A stretch of DNA of 64,000 nt, from assembly GCA_050331735.1 (NCBI GenBank), contig JBHJGN010000015.1, positions 32,001 to 96,000 of the forward strand. Direction: 5' to 3'. The DNA comes from Cyanophyceae cyanobacterium (lineage in GTDB: Bacteria > Cyanobacteriota > Cyanobacteriia > Cyanobacteriales > JBHJGN01). The notes under the pieces are model-generated. The model was given only the letters and a program-made list of their open reading frames with translations, searched no databases and was not told the DNA's origin. The first letter of the stretch is position 1. The number at the start of each line of letters is the position of its first letter. The translations under genes and the position numbers were made by a program. Positions 40,038 to 49,851 of this stretch are shown in pieces.

Positions 40038-41714
40038 TTAATTGAGATCGGTGACCGCTCCGACACTGCTCGAGGAAACCAGCTTGGCGTATTTTGCTAA
40101 GACCCCTTTGGTATAGCGAGGCTGGGGAGAATGCCAGTTGGCGCGACGCTGAGCTAATTCTGTCTCTGAAACATCGAGCTGCAATAACCGATTGGGGGCA
40201 TCGATGGTAATTTGATCGCCCTCCTGCACCAAGGCAATCGTGCCTCCAACTGCGGCTTCCGGCGCAACGTGCCCGACAACCATGCCGTAGGTTCCTCCAG
40301 AGAAGCGTCCGTCCGTAATTAGTCCTACAGAGTCTCCTAATCCGGCACCAATCAGAGCAGAAGTGGGCGCTAGCATTTCTCGCATTCCCGGACCCCCTTT
40401 AGGCCCTTCGTAGCGCACGACAATGACATCTCCAGGCTGAATTTGCTTACTGAGAATGGCCTCTAAGCAGGCTTCTTCGGATTCAAATACCCGGGCTGGT
40501 CCAGTAATTTTGGGAGTTTTCACGCCGCTAATCTTGGCAACGGCTCCTTCGGTTGCCAGATTGCCTTTGAGTACCGCTAAATGACCTTGCTGATAGACGG
40601 GCTGATGCCAGGGATGAATCACCTCCTGATGGTTAGGCGGTTCATCGGGAACATCTGCCAGCACCTCTGCGAGGGTTTGCCCGGTGATGGTGAGGGCATC
40701 GCCGTGGAGCAAATTGTGGTTTAGCAGCATTTTCATCACTTGAGGAATCCCGCCAGCCTGATGCAGGTCGGTGGCAACGTAGCGACCAGAGGGCTTAAGG
40801 TCGCACAGCACCGGGACTCGCCCCCGAATGGTTTCAAAATCGTCGAGGGTTAACTTAACGCCAATGGTGTGAGCGATCGCCAACAGGTGCAGGACGGCGT
40901 TGGTAGAGCCACCCACCGCCATAATCACGGCAATGGCGTTTTCAAAGGCTTGACGAGTCAAAATCTGGCGGGGCAGGATTTGGGCGCGGAGCGCTTCTGC
41001 CAGCACAAAGGCGCTTTTTTCGGTACTTTCTGCTTTTTCCTGGTCTTCTGCCGCCATCGTCGATGAATAGGGCAGGCTCATCCCCATCGCTTCAAAAGCA
41101 GAGGACATGGTGTTGGCCGTAAACATGCCGCCGCAGGAACCCGCCCCAGGACAGGCATGGCGCTCAATCTCGGTTAACTCTGCGTGGTCAATTTTCCCGG
41201 CACTATACTGTCCCACCGCTTCAAAAGCACTGACCACTGTTAAATCCTGTCCGTTGTAGTGTCCGGGTTTAATCGTGCCGCCATAGACAAAAATGGCCGG
41301 AATATTCAGGCGAGCGATCGCAATCATCGCTCCCGGCATATTCTTATCACAGCCACCAATGGCCAACACTCCATCCATGCTCTGCCCGTTGCAGACGGTT
41401 TCAATCGAGTCAGCGATCACTTCCCGCGATACCAGGGAGTATTTCATGCCTTCTGTGCCCATCGAGATCCCGTCGCTGATGGTAATCGTGCCGAACATCT
41501 GGGGCATTGTGCCTGCCTGCTTGAGGGCAGCTTCGGCTCTTTGAGCGAGTTTGTTGATGCCCATGTTGCAGGGAGTAATAGTGCTGTAGCCGTTGGCTAA
41601 ACCCACAATCGGTTTGGTAAAATCGGCATCGCCAAATCCGACCGCCCGCAGCATAGCGCGGTTTGGCGATCGCTGATGACCTTGGGTGATAGCTTGACTT
41701 CTGCGATTGTTCAT
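40038..41714 (-). CDS. ilvD: Dihydroxy-acid dehydratase
   Basis: [50 protein letters not shown]. Confidence 0.97.
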   Translation of the reverse strand: MNNRRSQAITQGHQRSPNRAMLRAVGFGDADFTKPIVGLANGYSTITPCNMGINKLAQRAEAALKQAGTMPQMFGTITISDGISMGTEGMKYSLVSREVIADSIETVCNGQSMDGVLAIGGCDKNMPGAMIAIARLNIPAIFVYGGTIKPGHYNGQDLTVVSAFEAVGQYSAGKIDHAELTEIERHACPGAGSCGGMFTANTMSSAFEAMGMSLPYSSTMAAEDQEKAESTEKSAFVLAEALRAQILPRQILTRQAFENAIAVIMAVGGSTNAVLHLLAIAHTIGVKLTLDDFETIRGRVPVLCDLKPSGRYVATDLHQAGGIPQVMKMLLNHNLLHGDALTITGQTLAEVLADVPDEPPNHQEVIHPWHQPVYQQGHLAVLKGNLATEGAVAKISGVKTPKITGPARVFESEEACLEAILSKQIQPGDVIVVRYEGPKGGPGMREMLAPTSALIGAGLGDSVGLITDGRFSGGTYGMVVGHVAPEAAVGGTIALVQEGDQITIDAPNRLLQLDVSETELAQRRANWHSPQPRYTKGVLAKYAKLVSSSSVGAVTDLN

Positions 41715-41845
41715 GTTAGTTCTCCTGTATGAGGGCAGCCGCTCATTTATTCTGGTGTAGCAAATCTTTTATTATCTGACACTAAACGCCCATTGAGCAA
41801 CAAAACTCAGAAATTCGCCACTAAGCAACCTATATTGCTCATTGA

Positions 41846-42613
41846 TTAAAGCGCGAGGGCGAGAAGCAAAACCGAGTAAGCCGCAGCTCCAAGAGCAAAA
41901 GCCCAGAAGCGACTTTGGCGTTCTTCTGGCAGTTCTTCCTTAAGCACGTTAAGAATAATGGCTCCGGCTACGAAGGCAAACAGTACGGCGATCGCGGCTT
42001 CGCTAATTTCGGTTCCGGCTCCCACCATCCAGCCGAGGGCGATCGCTCCGGCTAAGATCCAGCGCCCGACCCGATGATAGGTACTTCTGTGGTCTGTGCG
42101 CAGCCCAAAATCATTAATCACAAAATGCAAGCCCAAAGCAATAAAGAACATCAACAGACTTCGCGGACTCTTTTCTTCTCCCTGCACGAGCAAATAGCCA
42201 ATGAGAGCGTTGTAGAGAGAAAAGGCCAGCATATGGACCCAAAAAACTCCCAATCCAGCGGTAGTACCTGTTTCTGGATCTGGCTTTTGGCTTTGCGACT
42301 CCATGACCATGCGCTCTAGCCCATAAAATACCGCCAAGCCAACGAGCGCCATCAGATAAACGTGGTACTCTAAAAACCCAATCATGCCTGTATTGGTAAT
42401 CGCCTCCTGATGTTTGCTTAAGTCGGGCAGCACATGCACAAACACATAGGCGACCGAAGCTCCACTGGCTGCCGAAAGCCAACGACTCCGAGGAATCTGC
42501 TCTAGGAACAGCAGTTTCCCTGAATAGAGATGGATGAAGACAAAACCGATTAAGCAAAGGGCAGTTAAGGCTAAATTCGAGGAATGTCCTCCTTCTGAGA
42601 CGGCTAACAGCAT
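41846..42613 (-). CDS. Multi-pass membrane protein (ZIP-transporter-like motifs)
   Basis: About 8 TM segments; SVAYVFVHVLP, LHFVIND, LKEELP. Confidence 0.75.
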   Translation of the reverse strand: MLLAVSEGGHSSNLALTALCLIGFVFIHLYSGKLLFLEQIPRSRWLSAASGASVAYVFVHVLPDLSKHQEAITNTGMIGFLEYHVYLMALVGLAVFYGLERMVMESQSQKPDPETGTTAGLGVFWVHMLAFSLYNALIGYLLVQGEEKSPRSLLMFFIALGLHFVINDFGLRTDHRSTYHRVGRWILAGAIALGWMVGAGTEISEAAIAVLFAFVAGAIILNVLKEELPEERQSRFWAFALGAAAYSVLLLALAL

Positions 42614-42701
42614 ACTGATAAAGAATTAAAGATTCCCATTCTGATTAAATCTTCAACGCTGTAAAGTAGGTACAACCACCAGCACTCTATCTTATTTAAT
42701 A

Positions 42702-43895
42702 ATGGATCGCATGCTGTCTTTTGCTGCGGATGAAAACAAACCGAAAGGATTTAACGATGTTCGGACCTGCGGGATTAATCTGAATCATTGGTACGCCGTG
42801 GCCCGCAGCACTGAGGTGCAGGACGAGCCAGTAGGTGTCCGGCTTTGGCAGCAAAATATTGTTTTATACCGAGCCAAAGGAGAAATTCAGGCTTTAGAAG
42901 ACCGCTGTCCTCACCGTCAGGTGAAGCTGAGTGGTGGTAGAGTCATTGGCGATCGCCTTGAGTGCGCCTATCACGGCTGGCAGTTCAACCGAGAAGGCCG
43001 TTGCGTGACAGTTCCGAGCTTAACCCCTAAACAAAAGCTGCCCGCCTGCCAGATTCGCCGTTATCCGGTGCAGGAACGCGATGGCTTGATTTGGCTCTTT
43101 CCTGGAGATGCCGCACTGCCAGCAGCGCTGGAGCCGCTAGCAATACCGGAGTGGGACCATCTCAACTATATCGCTACGGTGTCAACGATTGAGTGTCGGG
43201 GGCATTTCTCATACCTGATCGAAAATTTGATGGATATGTACCACGGGCATCTCCACCAAGACTATCAGGCGTGGGCCTCAGCAGCTCTACAGGAGTTAAC
43301 CACAAGCAACCAGCGCGTTGATGCCTACTACGAGGCCCAAAGTTACTACAAAATCGACAAAATTTGGTCGATTTCTCAGCTCTTTTTTCCCAGCCTGCGC
43401 CGCCTTCATCCAGAACCCTTGACCGTCAGCTATATTTATCCCCACTGGGTGTCGTCTCTTGGGCAAGATTTCAAAATCTACTGTCTATTTTGTCCAGTCG
43501 ATCTCACCACAACTCGCGCTTATCTAATTCACTTTACCTCTCTCAACGCCTTCTGGCGCTTGCACAAACTCCCGGTTTGGTTTCGCCGATGGGTCAAAAA
43601 TAGTTTATTTGGTTCTGCTCAACGGTTACTCGACGGTCTGGTTCGTCAGGATGTCGCTATGATTGAGCAGGAACAGCAGGCGTCTTTAGCCAATCCGCAG
43701 CAGCGCAATTATGAACTCAATCCAACGATTGGAAAAGTTCAGCAGTTAATTCGCCAGCAAAGTCGCTCTGCGACGGGGGGAGTCTCCTTCGGGGACGGGA
43801 AAAGGGGAAAGGGAAATCTGTCCCTCCGGGACGGGGAACGGGAAAATTGTCTAGTGCAGGACGAGCAAAGAACACAAGATTACGGAACAAGCTGA
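42702..43895 (+). CDS. Rieske non-heme iron oxygenase alpha subunit, repeat-derived C-terminal tail
   Basis: CPH...CAYHGW Rieske motif; ENLMDMYHGHLH iron site. Confidence 0.93.
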   Translation: MDRMLSFAADENKPKGFNDVRTCGINLNHWYAVARSTEVQDEPVGVRLWQQNIVLYRAKGEIQALEDRCPHRQVKLSGGRVIGDRLECAYHGWQFNREGRCVTVPSLTPKQKLPACQIRRYPVQERDGLIWLFPGDAALPAALEPLAIPEWDHLNYIATVSTIECRGHFSYLIENLMDMYHGHLHQDYQAWASAALQELTTSNQRVDAYYEAQSYYKIDKIWSISQLFFPSLRRLHPEPLTVSYIYPHWVSSLGQDFKIYCLFCPVDLTTTRAYLIHFTSLNAFWRLHKLPVWFRRWVKNSLFGSAQRLLDGLVRQDVAMIEQEQQASLANPQQRNYELNPTIGKVQQLIRQQSRSATGGVSFGDGKRGKGNLSLRDGERENCLVQDEQRTQDYGTS

Positions 43896-43972
43896 ATAAT
43901 CACTCCCTTTCCCCCTGCCCCTTTGTCCTTTTCCCGCCGCGAAAGCGGCTTCCCTTGCCGTCCTGGAGGGAC
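43762..43972. repeat. Composite hairpin/heptamer repeat overlapping the Rieske gene 3' end
   Basis: Hairpins at 43762, 43820, 43960; core AAGAACACAAG...AATAATCACTCC. Confidence 0.85.
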
Positions 43973-43980
43973 TTTTGTTG

Positions 43981-44499
43981 ATGACAACCTTAGAAGTGCG
44001 CTGGTTTTGTTCTGGAACTGTCCCTCAAGAGGTAGTAGCCTGGTTTGAGAGCAGCATCGGGACACCTCATCCGCCAGAGGAAAGAACGGATTTGTATTTC
44101 TCTCTTGGGGCTGAGCGCCTTAACGTTAAACAGCGACAGAATCGCTTAGAACTCAAATGGCGACAGGAACAGTTGGAATGGCGGTTTAGCGATCGCCTTC
44201 AAGGTTACCTTGAACGGTGGCAGAAATGGAGTCTTCTGCCAGCAATTCCGCAGATTCTTTTACCGGGATGGGTCGAAGTGGAGAAGCGGCGATCGCAGCG
44301 TCAGCATCGAGGATTGTCCTATGAACTGACTCACTTAACTCTTAAAGGGGGTCTTTGGTGGAGTTTGGCGGTTGAGTCGCCAGACCGAGACGAGATTGAA
44401 TTTGAGCAGCTTGTTCAGCAGATTTTTCAGCACTATCCAGGACCACACCTCACTTCTCAGGAATCTTTTGCCTATCCTCGGTGGATTTCTCGCCGATAG
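43981..44499 (+). CDS. CYTH-like domain protein
   Basis: TLEVRWF, RTDLY, K.R...LELK, ELT, E, YPRW. Confidence 0.7.
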   Translation: MTTLEVRWFCSGTVPQEVVAWFESSIGTPHPPEERTDLYFSLGAERLNVKQRQNRLELKWRQEQLEWRFSDRLQGYLERWQKWSLLPAIPQILLPGWVEVEKRRSQRQHRGLSYELTHLTLKGGLWWSLAVESPDRDEIEFEQLVQQIFQHYPGPHLTSQESFAYPRWISRR

Positions 44500-44618
44500 G
44501 GGCGGTTCTCCTCCCTAGTGACAGATTGACAAATATTTAGTATTGTTAAGTTAGCTTAAAACTCTGTCGATTTAGGGACGAGAACAAACTTGAAAACCTA
44601 ACTAAAGTTAGTTGCCTC

Positions 44619-45311
44619 ATGAGTTTCTTCAATTCCACAGAACCGATTTTCCGCCGCAAGCAAGAAGCCCTCGATTTCCAGGATTTACAGGGGCTGCTCC
44701 GGCTCCAAATTAGAATCAAAAATAGAACGCTGTTTCGGGTGCTCTATACTCGCATCGATCAGGTGTTTGTGCTTTGGGGACTCATCTCAGCCACGATTTT
44801 TATAACGGCTCAGTTCGCGCCGATTAGCTGGGTGGCCCAGGCAATTTTCTGGTCTGTGCTAACCGTTTTCGGGACTGCCGCGATGGTGGTGCTCACTCAC
44901 TTCTGGGTAAGAGTGGAGCGTCTGCGCTGGGTATTATACGGTTGGGTCTTGTTAATGCTAGGAGGAACAGCACTCACCGATTTAGGGATTTTTCTGGGGT
45001 GGGGACAGGTGTTGATGCATCTCTGTCATCTGTGGCTAGGCGTGAGCGCTGCTGGCTACTTCTGCACTGGGTTCGGCTTACGTTCCCGCGCCTTCACTCT
45101 CTCTGGATTGGTTCACCTGTTCGGTATAGCGCTCTTACCCTCTGTTGGAGGCTGGCAGTTTTTAACCACTGGCTTGGTCATGGCTGCTAATCTGCTCGTT
45201 TTCGCCGAAACCCAGTGGGATATGCGTCCACCTATTGAGGAGTATAGTGTCTTAAGCAAGGAGCAAAAGCAGTTTAATCGTCAGCAATATCAGTTTCGGC
45301 AAGCCTCATAA
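44619..45311 (+). CDS. Conserved cyanobacterial membrane protein
   Basis: About 6 TM segments; YTRIDQ and EtQWDMRPP motifs. Confidence 0.78.
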   Translation: MSFFNSTEPIFRRKQEALDFQDLQGLLRLQIRIKNRTLFRVLYTRIDQVFVLWGLISATIFITAQFAPISWVAQAIFWSVLTVFGTAAMVVLTHFWVRVERLRWVLYGWVLLMLGGTALTDLGIFLGWGQVLMHLCHLWLGVSAAGYFCTGFGLRSRAFTLSGLVHLFGIALLPSVGGWQFLTTGLVMAANLLVFAETQWDMRPPIEEYSVLSKEQKQFNRQQYQFRQAS

Positions 45312-45444
45312 GCGCCGCAGGCGCGGGGGAGATCGCTCCGCGACGGGAAACGGAGAAGGGGTAAGGGGGAAAGGGGAAAAATCTCGGGCTATAGAAAAAG
45401 CTCAATAATGACTCCTTTGCCCCCTTCCCCGTCCCGCATCGGAC
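45312..45444. repeat. Composite hairpin/heptamer repeat between convergent genes
   Basis: GCGCC-GCA-GGCGC directly after TAA; G-rich arm; core AATAATGACTCC; C-rich arm ending GTCCCGCATCGGAC. Confidence 0.85.
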
Positions 45445-45467
45445 TATCCTTCCTGGAGAGACGTTCA

Positions 45468-46187
45468 CTAAATCAATTTAACCAGGACTCCTGGTTCTTT
45501 TTGAATCGGCAACACGTCCAGAGTATTGGTTCCGGCACAGTATGCTAAATCTTTATGGCCATCTAAGCGCAGCAGGCGCTGACCGTGACTAGCCTGCCGG
45601 AACATTTCTAAGAGATTTTTCTGCCATTGCGAGTAAAGCGCGATCGCCGCTACGACTTCATCGTTTCCGATTGTCACCTGGGACTGGATGGCTTGAGCGA
45701 TCGCTCCGGCGCAGGCAGTGTCTTCGAGAGAGTAGCCTCCCTGCCAGCCTGAACCAAGAAGCCACACTGTTTCAGGCTGGTGTTCTGTGAGATAGTTGAC
45801 AGCCGTTTGAACGTTCACCTGAGCCGCTGTAATCACAATAGGCGCTTTTTCGACTCGTTGGAGGGCGCGAGTTCCGTTGGTCGTACTCAAAAACAAGCGC
45901 TTACCCTGCACCACCTCTGGAGTGCAGTCTAGCGGAGAATTGCCCAGATCGCAGCCCTCTACTTTCGCCCCGCCTCTTTCTCCGGCTCGCAGTCGCTTCT
46001 GGGGCGACCAGGATTCGCTACTCTGCATGAGTTGGTCAATATCGCTGAAGGCTTGCACGGCTTCGGCCCCAGCGTGTAGTGCTGTAGCGATTGTTGTGGT
46101 GGCTCTAAGCACATCGATGACGACAGCACACTGGGGCAGGCTATCGGGAGGAGTAGATTCGGGAGTATGATAAACGAAAAGCTTCAC
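45468..46187 (-). CDS. comB: 2-phosphosulfolactate phosphatase family protein
   Basis: [38 protein letters not shown]. Confidence 0.93.
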   Translation of the reverse strand: MKLFVYHTPESTPPDSLPQCAVVIDVLRATTTIATALHAGAEAVQAFSDIDQLMQSSESWSPQKRLRAGERGGAKVEGCDLGNSPLDCTPEVVQGKRLFLSTTNGTRALQRVEKAPIVITAAQVNVQTAVNYLTEHQPETVWLLGSGWQGGYSLEDTACAGAIAQAIQSQVTIGNDEVVAAIALYSQWQKNLLEMFRQASHGQRLLRLDGHKDLAYCAGTNTLDVLPIQKEPGVLVKLI

Positions 46188-46415
46188 AAAAAAATGTTGG
46201 TAGCGGTCAACCTATTATGCCATTTCAGGGATCTGTGCAGAGCGAATAAATTTGCCGCGATACAAACCAAGTCAGTCTTCACGGGTTACAAAAGTTAAAG
46301 GCTTAAGCAACCTGCGGAGGCTGGTTTTAGCTTGATAGCAGCGGTTTTAACCGCCGCCATGCTTGACCCAAACTAGGTGAGAGTTAAGCCTGAACAGCGA
46401 TCGCTAGCAGCACTG

Positions 46416-47108
46416 TTAGTGATGCTGTCGTGAGTCGGTTCGATGACTTAGGCTGTCAAAACGCAGCTCGATTTCCTGCTTTAGCGCCGCTAGTGTATCT
46501 GCTAGAGTATCTTCATAAATGCTGAAAAACAGCCCGAAGCTAGGAGTCGAACCTGGCTCAACCGTTACCCGGTGCGTAATCAAAACCTGCTGGGGAGGCG
46601 CACTGGCCTGGGGAGAAACAGGCTCAATCTGCCAGACTCCCGTGAGTGAACCAAGATCTCCTTCAACTAGGTTGAAGTCGATTTGCTCAAGATAGGTTTC
46701 TGTGGCAGCAATGCGAACGCGAGTTTTTTTACTGAAAATGAAAGCCTGGACTGAATTGACCTGTTCAAAGACTTTACGATTTCCGTTGGCCTCTAGAAGC
46801 TGGCTGTCTACAACATTCGGGAAAAAGTTCTCAAAGTTATCGTAATCGGTCAGTACTGCCCACGTTATCTCCAGCGGTGCTGTCACTAGAACTCGACCCG
46901 TATATTGTCCCTGTTGACCGACAATCACAACTTGCCCATTGCGCAGCGCTACCCGTTCCTCTACAGGTAATCGATCGACCGGACCATCAAACAATTGTGC
47001 GGATACCCCTCCCGTTGTGAGGGTGGTGATCGCAAGGAGACTCCCAGCAAGATAACGCCAGCGAAAATGGGGAACCAGTCTTCCTCGGTTTGGAGTGAGT
47101 TTCGGCAT
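46416..47108 (-). CDS. SRPBCC/polyketide cyclase family protein with N-terminal signal-like segment
   Basis: WAVLTDYDNFENFFPNV..S, F.LVEGDL....G.W. Confidence 0.85.
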   Translation of the reverse strand: MPKLTPNRGRLVPHFRWRYLAGSLLAITTLTTGGVSAQLFDGPVDRLPVEERVALRNGQVVIVGQQGQYTGRVLVTAPLEITWAVLTDYDNFENFFPNVVDSQLLEANGNRKVFEQVNSVQAFIFSKKTRVRIAATETYLEQIDFNLVEGDLGSLTGVWQIEPVSPQASAPPQQVLITHRVTVEPGSTPSFGLFFSIYEDTLADTLAALKQEIELRFDSLSHRTDSRQHH

Positions 47109-47110
47109 GT

Positions 47111-49570
47111 TTAATCAATCCAGTAGCGCTGTCGCTGAAACGGATACGTTGGCAAAACCACTTTCTGGCGAGCATAGTCTCGGTCGAAGGCGACCCAATC
47201 GATGGTCGCGCCCTGAACGTAAAGCTGAGCTAGACTCTCCAAAATTTGTTCCCACCCTAATTGCGGATACTCGCTAACGGTGAAGATTTCTGGTTTCTGG
47301 CTAGGCGAAGTGAACTTGCTTTCCAAGAGCCGAAAGCGAGTATCATTGATTTCGGCTATTTCTGCTGCTCCGCCATCCGCCTCAGACTGTGCAACCGCAA
47401 TTAGCAATGGTTGCAATAGGCAGCATTGGCGTAACAGTTGCCGGTCGATAGCTGCTAATACAGGTAACTGCAACCCCGACTCAGATGTGGCTCCCTTTAG
47501 CTCGGCTTTAGTACGGCTAGTAGCAAATTGGCTTGGGAGTTTGGTTTCGTGAAGCGATCCTCCCAGAGCACTAACGGATGTGAGCTGCTGCCGTTCCCGG
47601 TCAACAGCGAGCCTCAAACCGTCTTCTAAGCTAATCACTCCCGCAACGCAGGCAGCAACAATCTCTCCTACTCCTGCTCCGGTGACGACAGCAGGCGACA
47701 CTCCCCACGATATCCATAGTTGAGCGAGGGAGTATTGGAGCGCCAAGGCGGCAGCGTCAGGAAGCCGATGAGCAGGGGCAGACAGCCGCTCTAGCAGGGG
47801 TTGATCGAAATCCCTACTGAGGAGGGCAGCGCAGCGGTCGAGGGGAGCGCGAAGAGGCTGATGGGAGAGGAGATTCGGAGTGCAGACCGGACACTCTTCT
47901 GGAAAGATAAAAGCAATCTGGGGGAGTGTCCGGTTGACTCGTCCTTGGAAAAGGTCGGCAGTTTGTCCTGGGCGATCGCTAGCCAGCCTGGTTTGCAGTT
48001 CAGCCGCAGTAGCAGCGCTCGCGGCTAAACGATGGTTAAAGTGCGATCGCCCCGTATTAGCACTAAAGCACATATCGGCCACAGCAACGTTAGGGTGACG
48101 CTCTAAAAATCGACAATACCGTTGCCTTAACTCCGACAGTGCTTGCTCACTACGAGCCGAAAGCGCCAGCAAATGGGCCGGACGCTCACAGCTTTCCTCA
48201 GCTTTCTCTCTTAACGGTGCCTCCGCCACCACTACATGAGCATTGGTCCCGCTAAAGCCAAAGGCACTGACTCCGGCCACTCTCTGCGCCTGCTGCCAGG
48301 AAACGAGTTCTGTTGGGATGGTCAATGCTAGCTCATGCCAATCCACGCGCGGGTTTGGCTTGTGAAAATGAAGATTGGGCGGAATTTCCTGATGCTTGAG
48401 CGCGAGCACCACTTTAATCAGTCCGGCAATCCCAGCCGCCGCTTCTAAATGGCCGATGTTGGTTTTGACCGAGCCGACGATGAGCGGTGACTCGCGCTCC
48501 TGAAAAACGCTTCCTAAAGCGCCCAGTTCGATGGGATCTCCCAGCGGTGTTCCCGTTCCGTGAGCTTCAATATAGCTGACCTGAGCCGGAGCCATCCGGC
48601 CCGCCTTCAACGCTTGCTGAATAACGGCTTGCTGAGAGGGACCATTCGGCGAGGTCAGTCCACTGGTGCGACCGTCTTGATTCGTCGCCGAACCGCAAAT
48701 GAGAGCTAAGATATTATCCCCCTCGGCAACAGCATCGCTCAAACGCTTGAGCACAACCACCCCACCTCCTTCCGCGCGGACAAACCCATCCGCCTCGGCA
48801 TCAAACGACCGACAGCGACCGTGGCGAGACAGCATTCGTGCTTTGGAAAAATTGATGCTCACTTCTGGGGTCAGCAGGCGGTTGACTCCTCCTGCTAGCG
48901 CCAGATGACATTCTTGATGCCGCAAACTCTGGCAAGCGAGATGCACTGCTACAAGAGAAGAAGAACAGGCGGTATCAACCGAAAGGCTCGGTCCAGTAAA
49001 GCCGAACAGGTAAGACAAGCGCCCTGACGCGGTGCTATGGGTGTTGCCCGTCGTCAGATAGGCATCAATCTCGGTAGCGGTTCTCCTCAGCAAGCGTTGC
49101 CAGTAGTCGATGCCGCAGATGCCGACAAACACCCCCGTTAAACTGCCCTCAAGCTTCTCTGGTGCTATACCGGAGTATTCTAAAGCCTCCCAGCTAACTT
49201 CCAACAGCAGGCGCTGTTGAGGGTCTAAACTCAAAGCCTCGCGAGGAGCAATGCGAAAAAACTGAGCATCGAACTCCTGGTGATGGGGAACAAACCCGCC
49301 ATGACGGGTACACATTTTTCCGGGCGTGTCTGGATTAGGATCGTAGTACGCCTCACCATCCCAACGGTCTGGCGGCACTTCCGTAACCGCATTAACTCCC
49401 TGTTGCAGCAGTTGCCAGAACTCTTCTGGACTATCAGCTCCCCCCGGAAAGCGGCATCCCATCCCAATAATGGCAATTGGTTCGTGCTTTGCCTGCTCCA
49501 GCGCTTCCAGCTTCGTTTGGAGTTGCTTAAGCGCCAGCAAAGCTCGTTTAGTGGGAGAAAGTTCACTCAT
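47111..49570 (-). CDS. Type I PKS-like protein: docking helix + ketosynthase + degenerate AT, no ACP
   Basis: EPIAIIGMGCRFPG, DPQQRLLLE, DTACSSS, HGTGT, NIGHLE, VSAFGFSGTNAH; AT site reads GAGVG; ends LPTYPFQRQRYWID. Confidence 0.9.
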   Translation of the reverse strand: MSELSPTKRALLALKQLQTKLEALEQAKHEPIAIIGMGCRFPGGADSPEEFWQLLQQGVNAVTEVPPDRWDGEAYYDPNPDTPGKMCTRHGGFVPHHQEFDAQFFRIAPREALSLDPQQRLLLEVSWEALEYSGIAPEKLEGSLTGVFVGICGIDYWQRLLRRTATEIDAYLTTGNTHSTASGRLSYLFGFTGPSLSVDTACSSSLVAVHLACQSLRHQECHLALAGGVNRLLTPEVSINFSKARMLSRHGRCRSFDAEADGFVRAEGGGVVVLKRLSDAVAEGDNILALICGSATNQDGRTSGLTSPNGPSQQAVIQQALKAGRMAPAQVSYIEAHGTGTPLGDPIELGALGSVFQERESPLIVGSVKTNIGHLEAAAGIAGLIKVVLALKHQEIPPNLHFHKPNPRVDWHELALTIPTELVSWQQAQRVAGVSAFGFSGTNAHVVVAEAPLREKAEESCERPAHLLALSARSEQALSELRQRYCRFLERHPNVAVADMCFSANTGRSHFNHRLAASAATAAELQTRLASDRPGQTADLFQGRVNRTLPQIAFIFPEECPVCTPNLLSHQPLRAPLDRCAALLSRDFDQPLLERLSAPAHRLPDAAALALQYSLAQLWISWGVSPAVVTGAGVGEIVAACVAGVISLEDGLRLAVDRERQQLTSVSALGGSLHETKLPSQFATSRTKAELKGATSESGLQLPVLAAIDRQLLRQCCLLQPLLIAVAQSEADGGAAEIAEINDTRFRLLESKFTSPSQKPEIFTVSEYPQLGWEQILESLAQLYVQGATIDWVAFDRDYARQKVVLPTYPFQRQRYWID

Positions 49571-49576
49571 AGGGAA

Positions 49577-49851
49577 GCGCCTTCGGCGCGGGGAAGGGGG
49601 AAAGGGCAAAGGGGAAGGGGGAAAGGGACGCTTTAAAAAATATATAGCAGTCCTCACTCATTTGTGAAACAGGACGAGCGTTTCCCTCGCTTTATTTTCA
49701 ATGCTGAAAGGAATGACATAACGATACAAGATACTGTCAGAATTTCCCCAAAACTGCTGTACATCCCTTTACCCCTTCCCCGTTCCCCCTTCCCCGTCCC
49801 CGGCGGGGACATTTTCTCCCTTCCCCGTCCCGGAGGGACTCTTCCCCTTCT
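49577..49851. repeat. Composite hairpin/heptamer repeat with nested insertion; overlaps the cbiET 3' end
   Basis: GCGCC-TTC-GGCGC 49577, six G-runs 49590-49627, C-rich arm with GTCCC-GGA-GGGAC 49827. Confidence 0.85.
49643..49761. mobile_element. Possible second MITE type nested in the composite repeat
   Basis: TATAGCAGT...ACTGCTGTA imperfect terminal inverted repeats, 119 bp; single copy in the window. Confidence 0.5.

Noticed and set aside
46340..46354. GCGGTTTTAACCGC palindrome resembling GCGGTTAAAACCGC after tnpA (16086-16099)
   Set aside because: Only 14 nt, with no further IS similarity; could be a terminator or chance match.
49571..49657. N-terminal extensions of the PKS ORF (MRTAIY...PFPPSP) and of nth (32762-32842)
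   Set aside because: Both run through repeat DNA; recognisable protein begins at ATG 49570 and ATG 32761.
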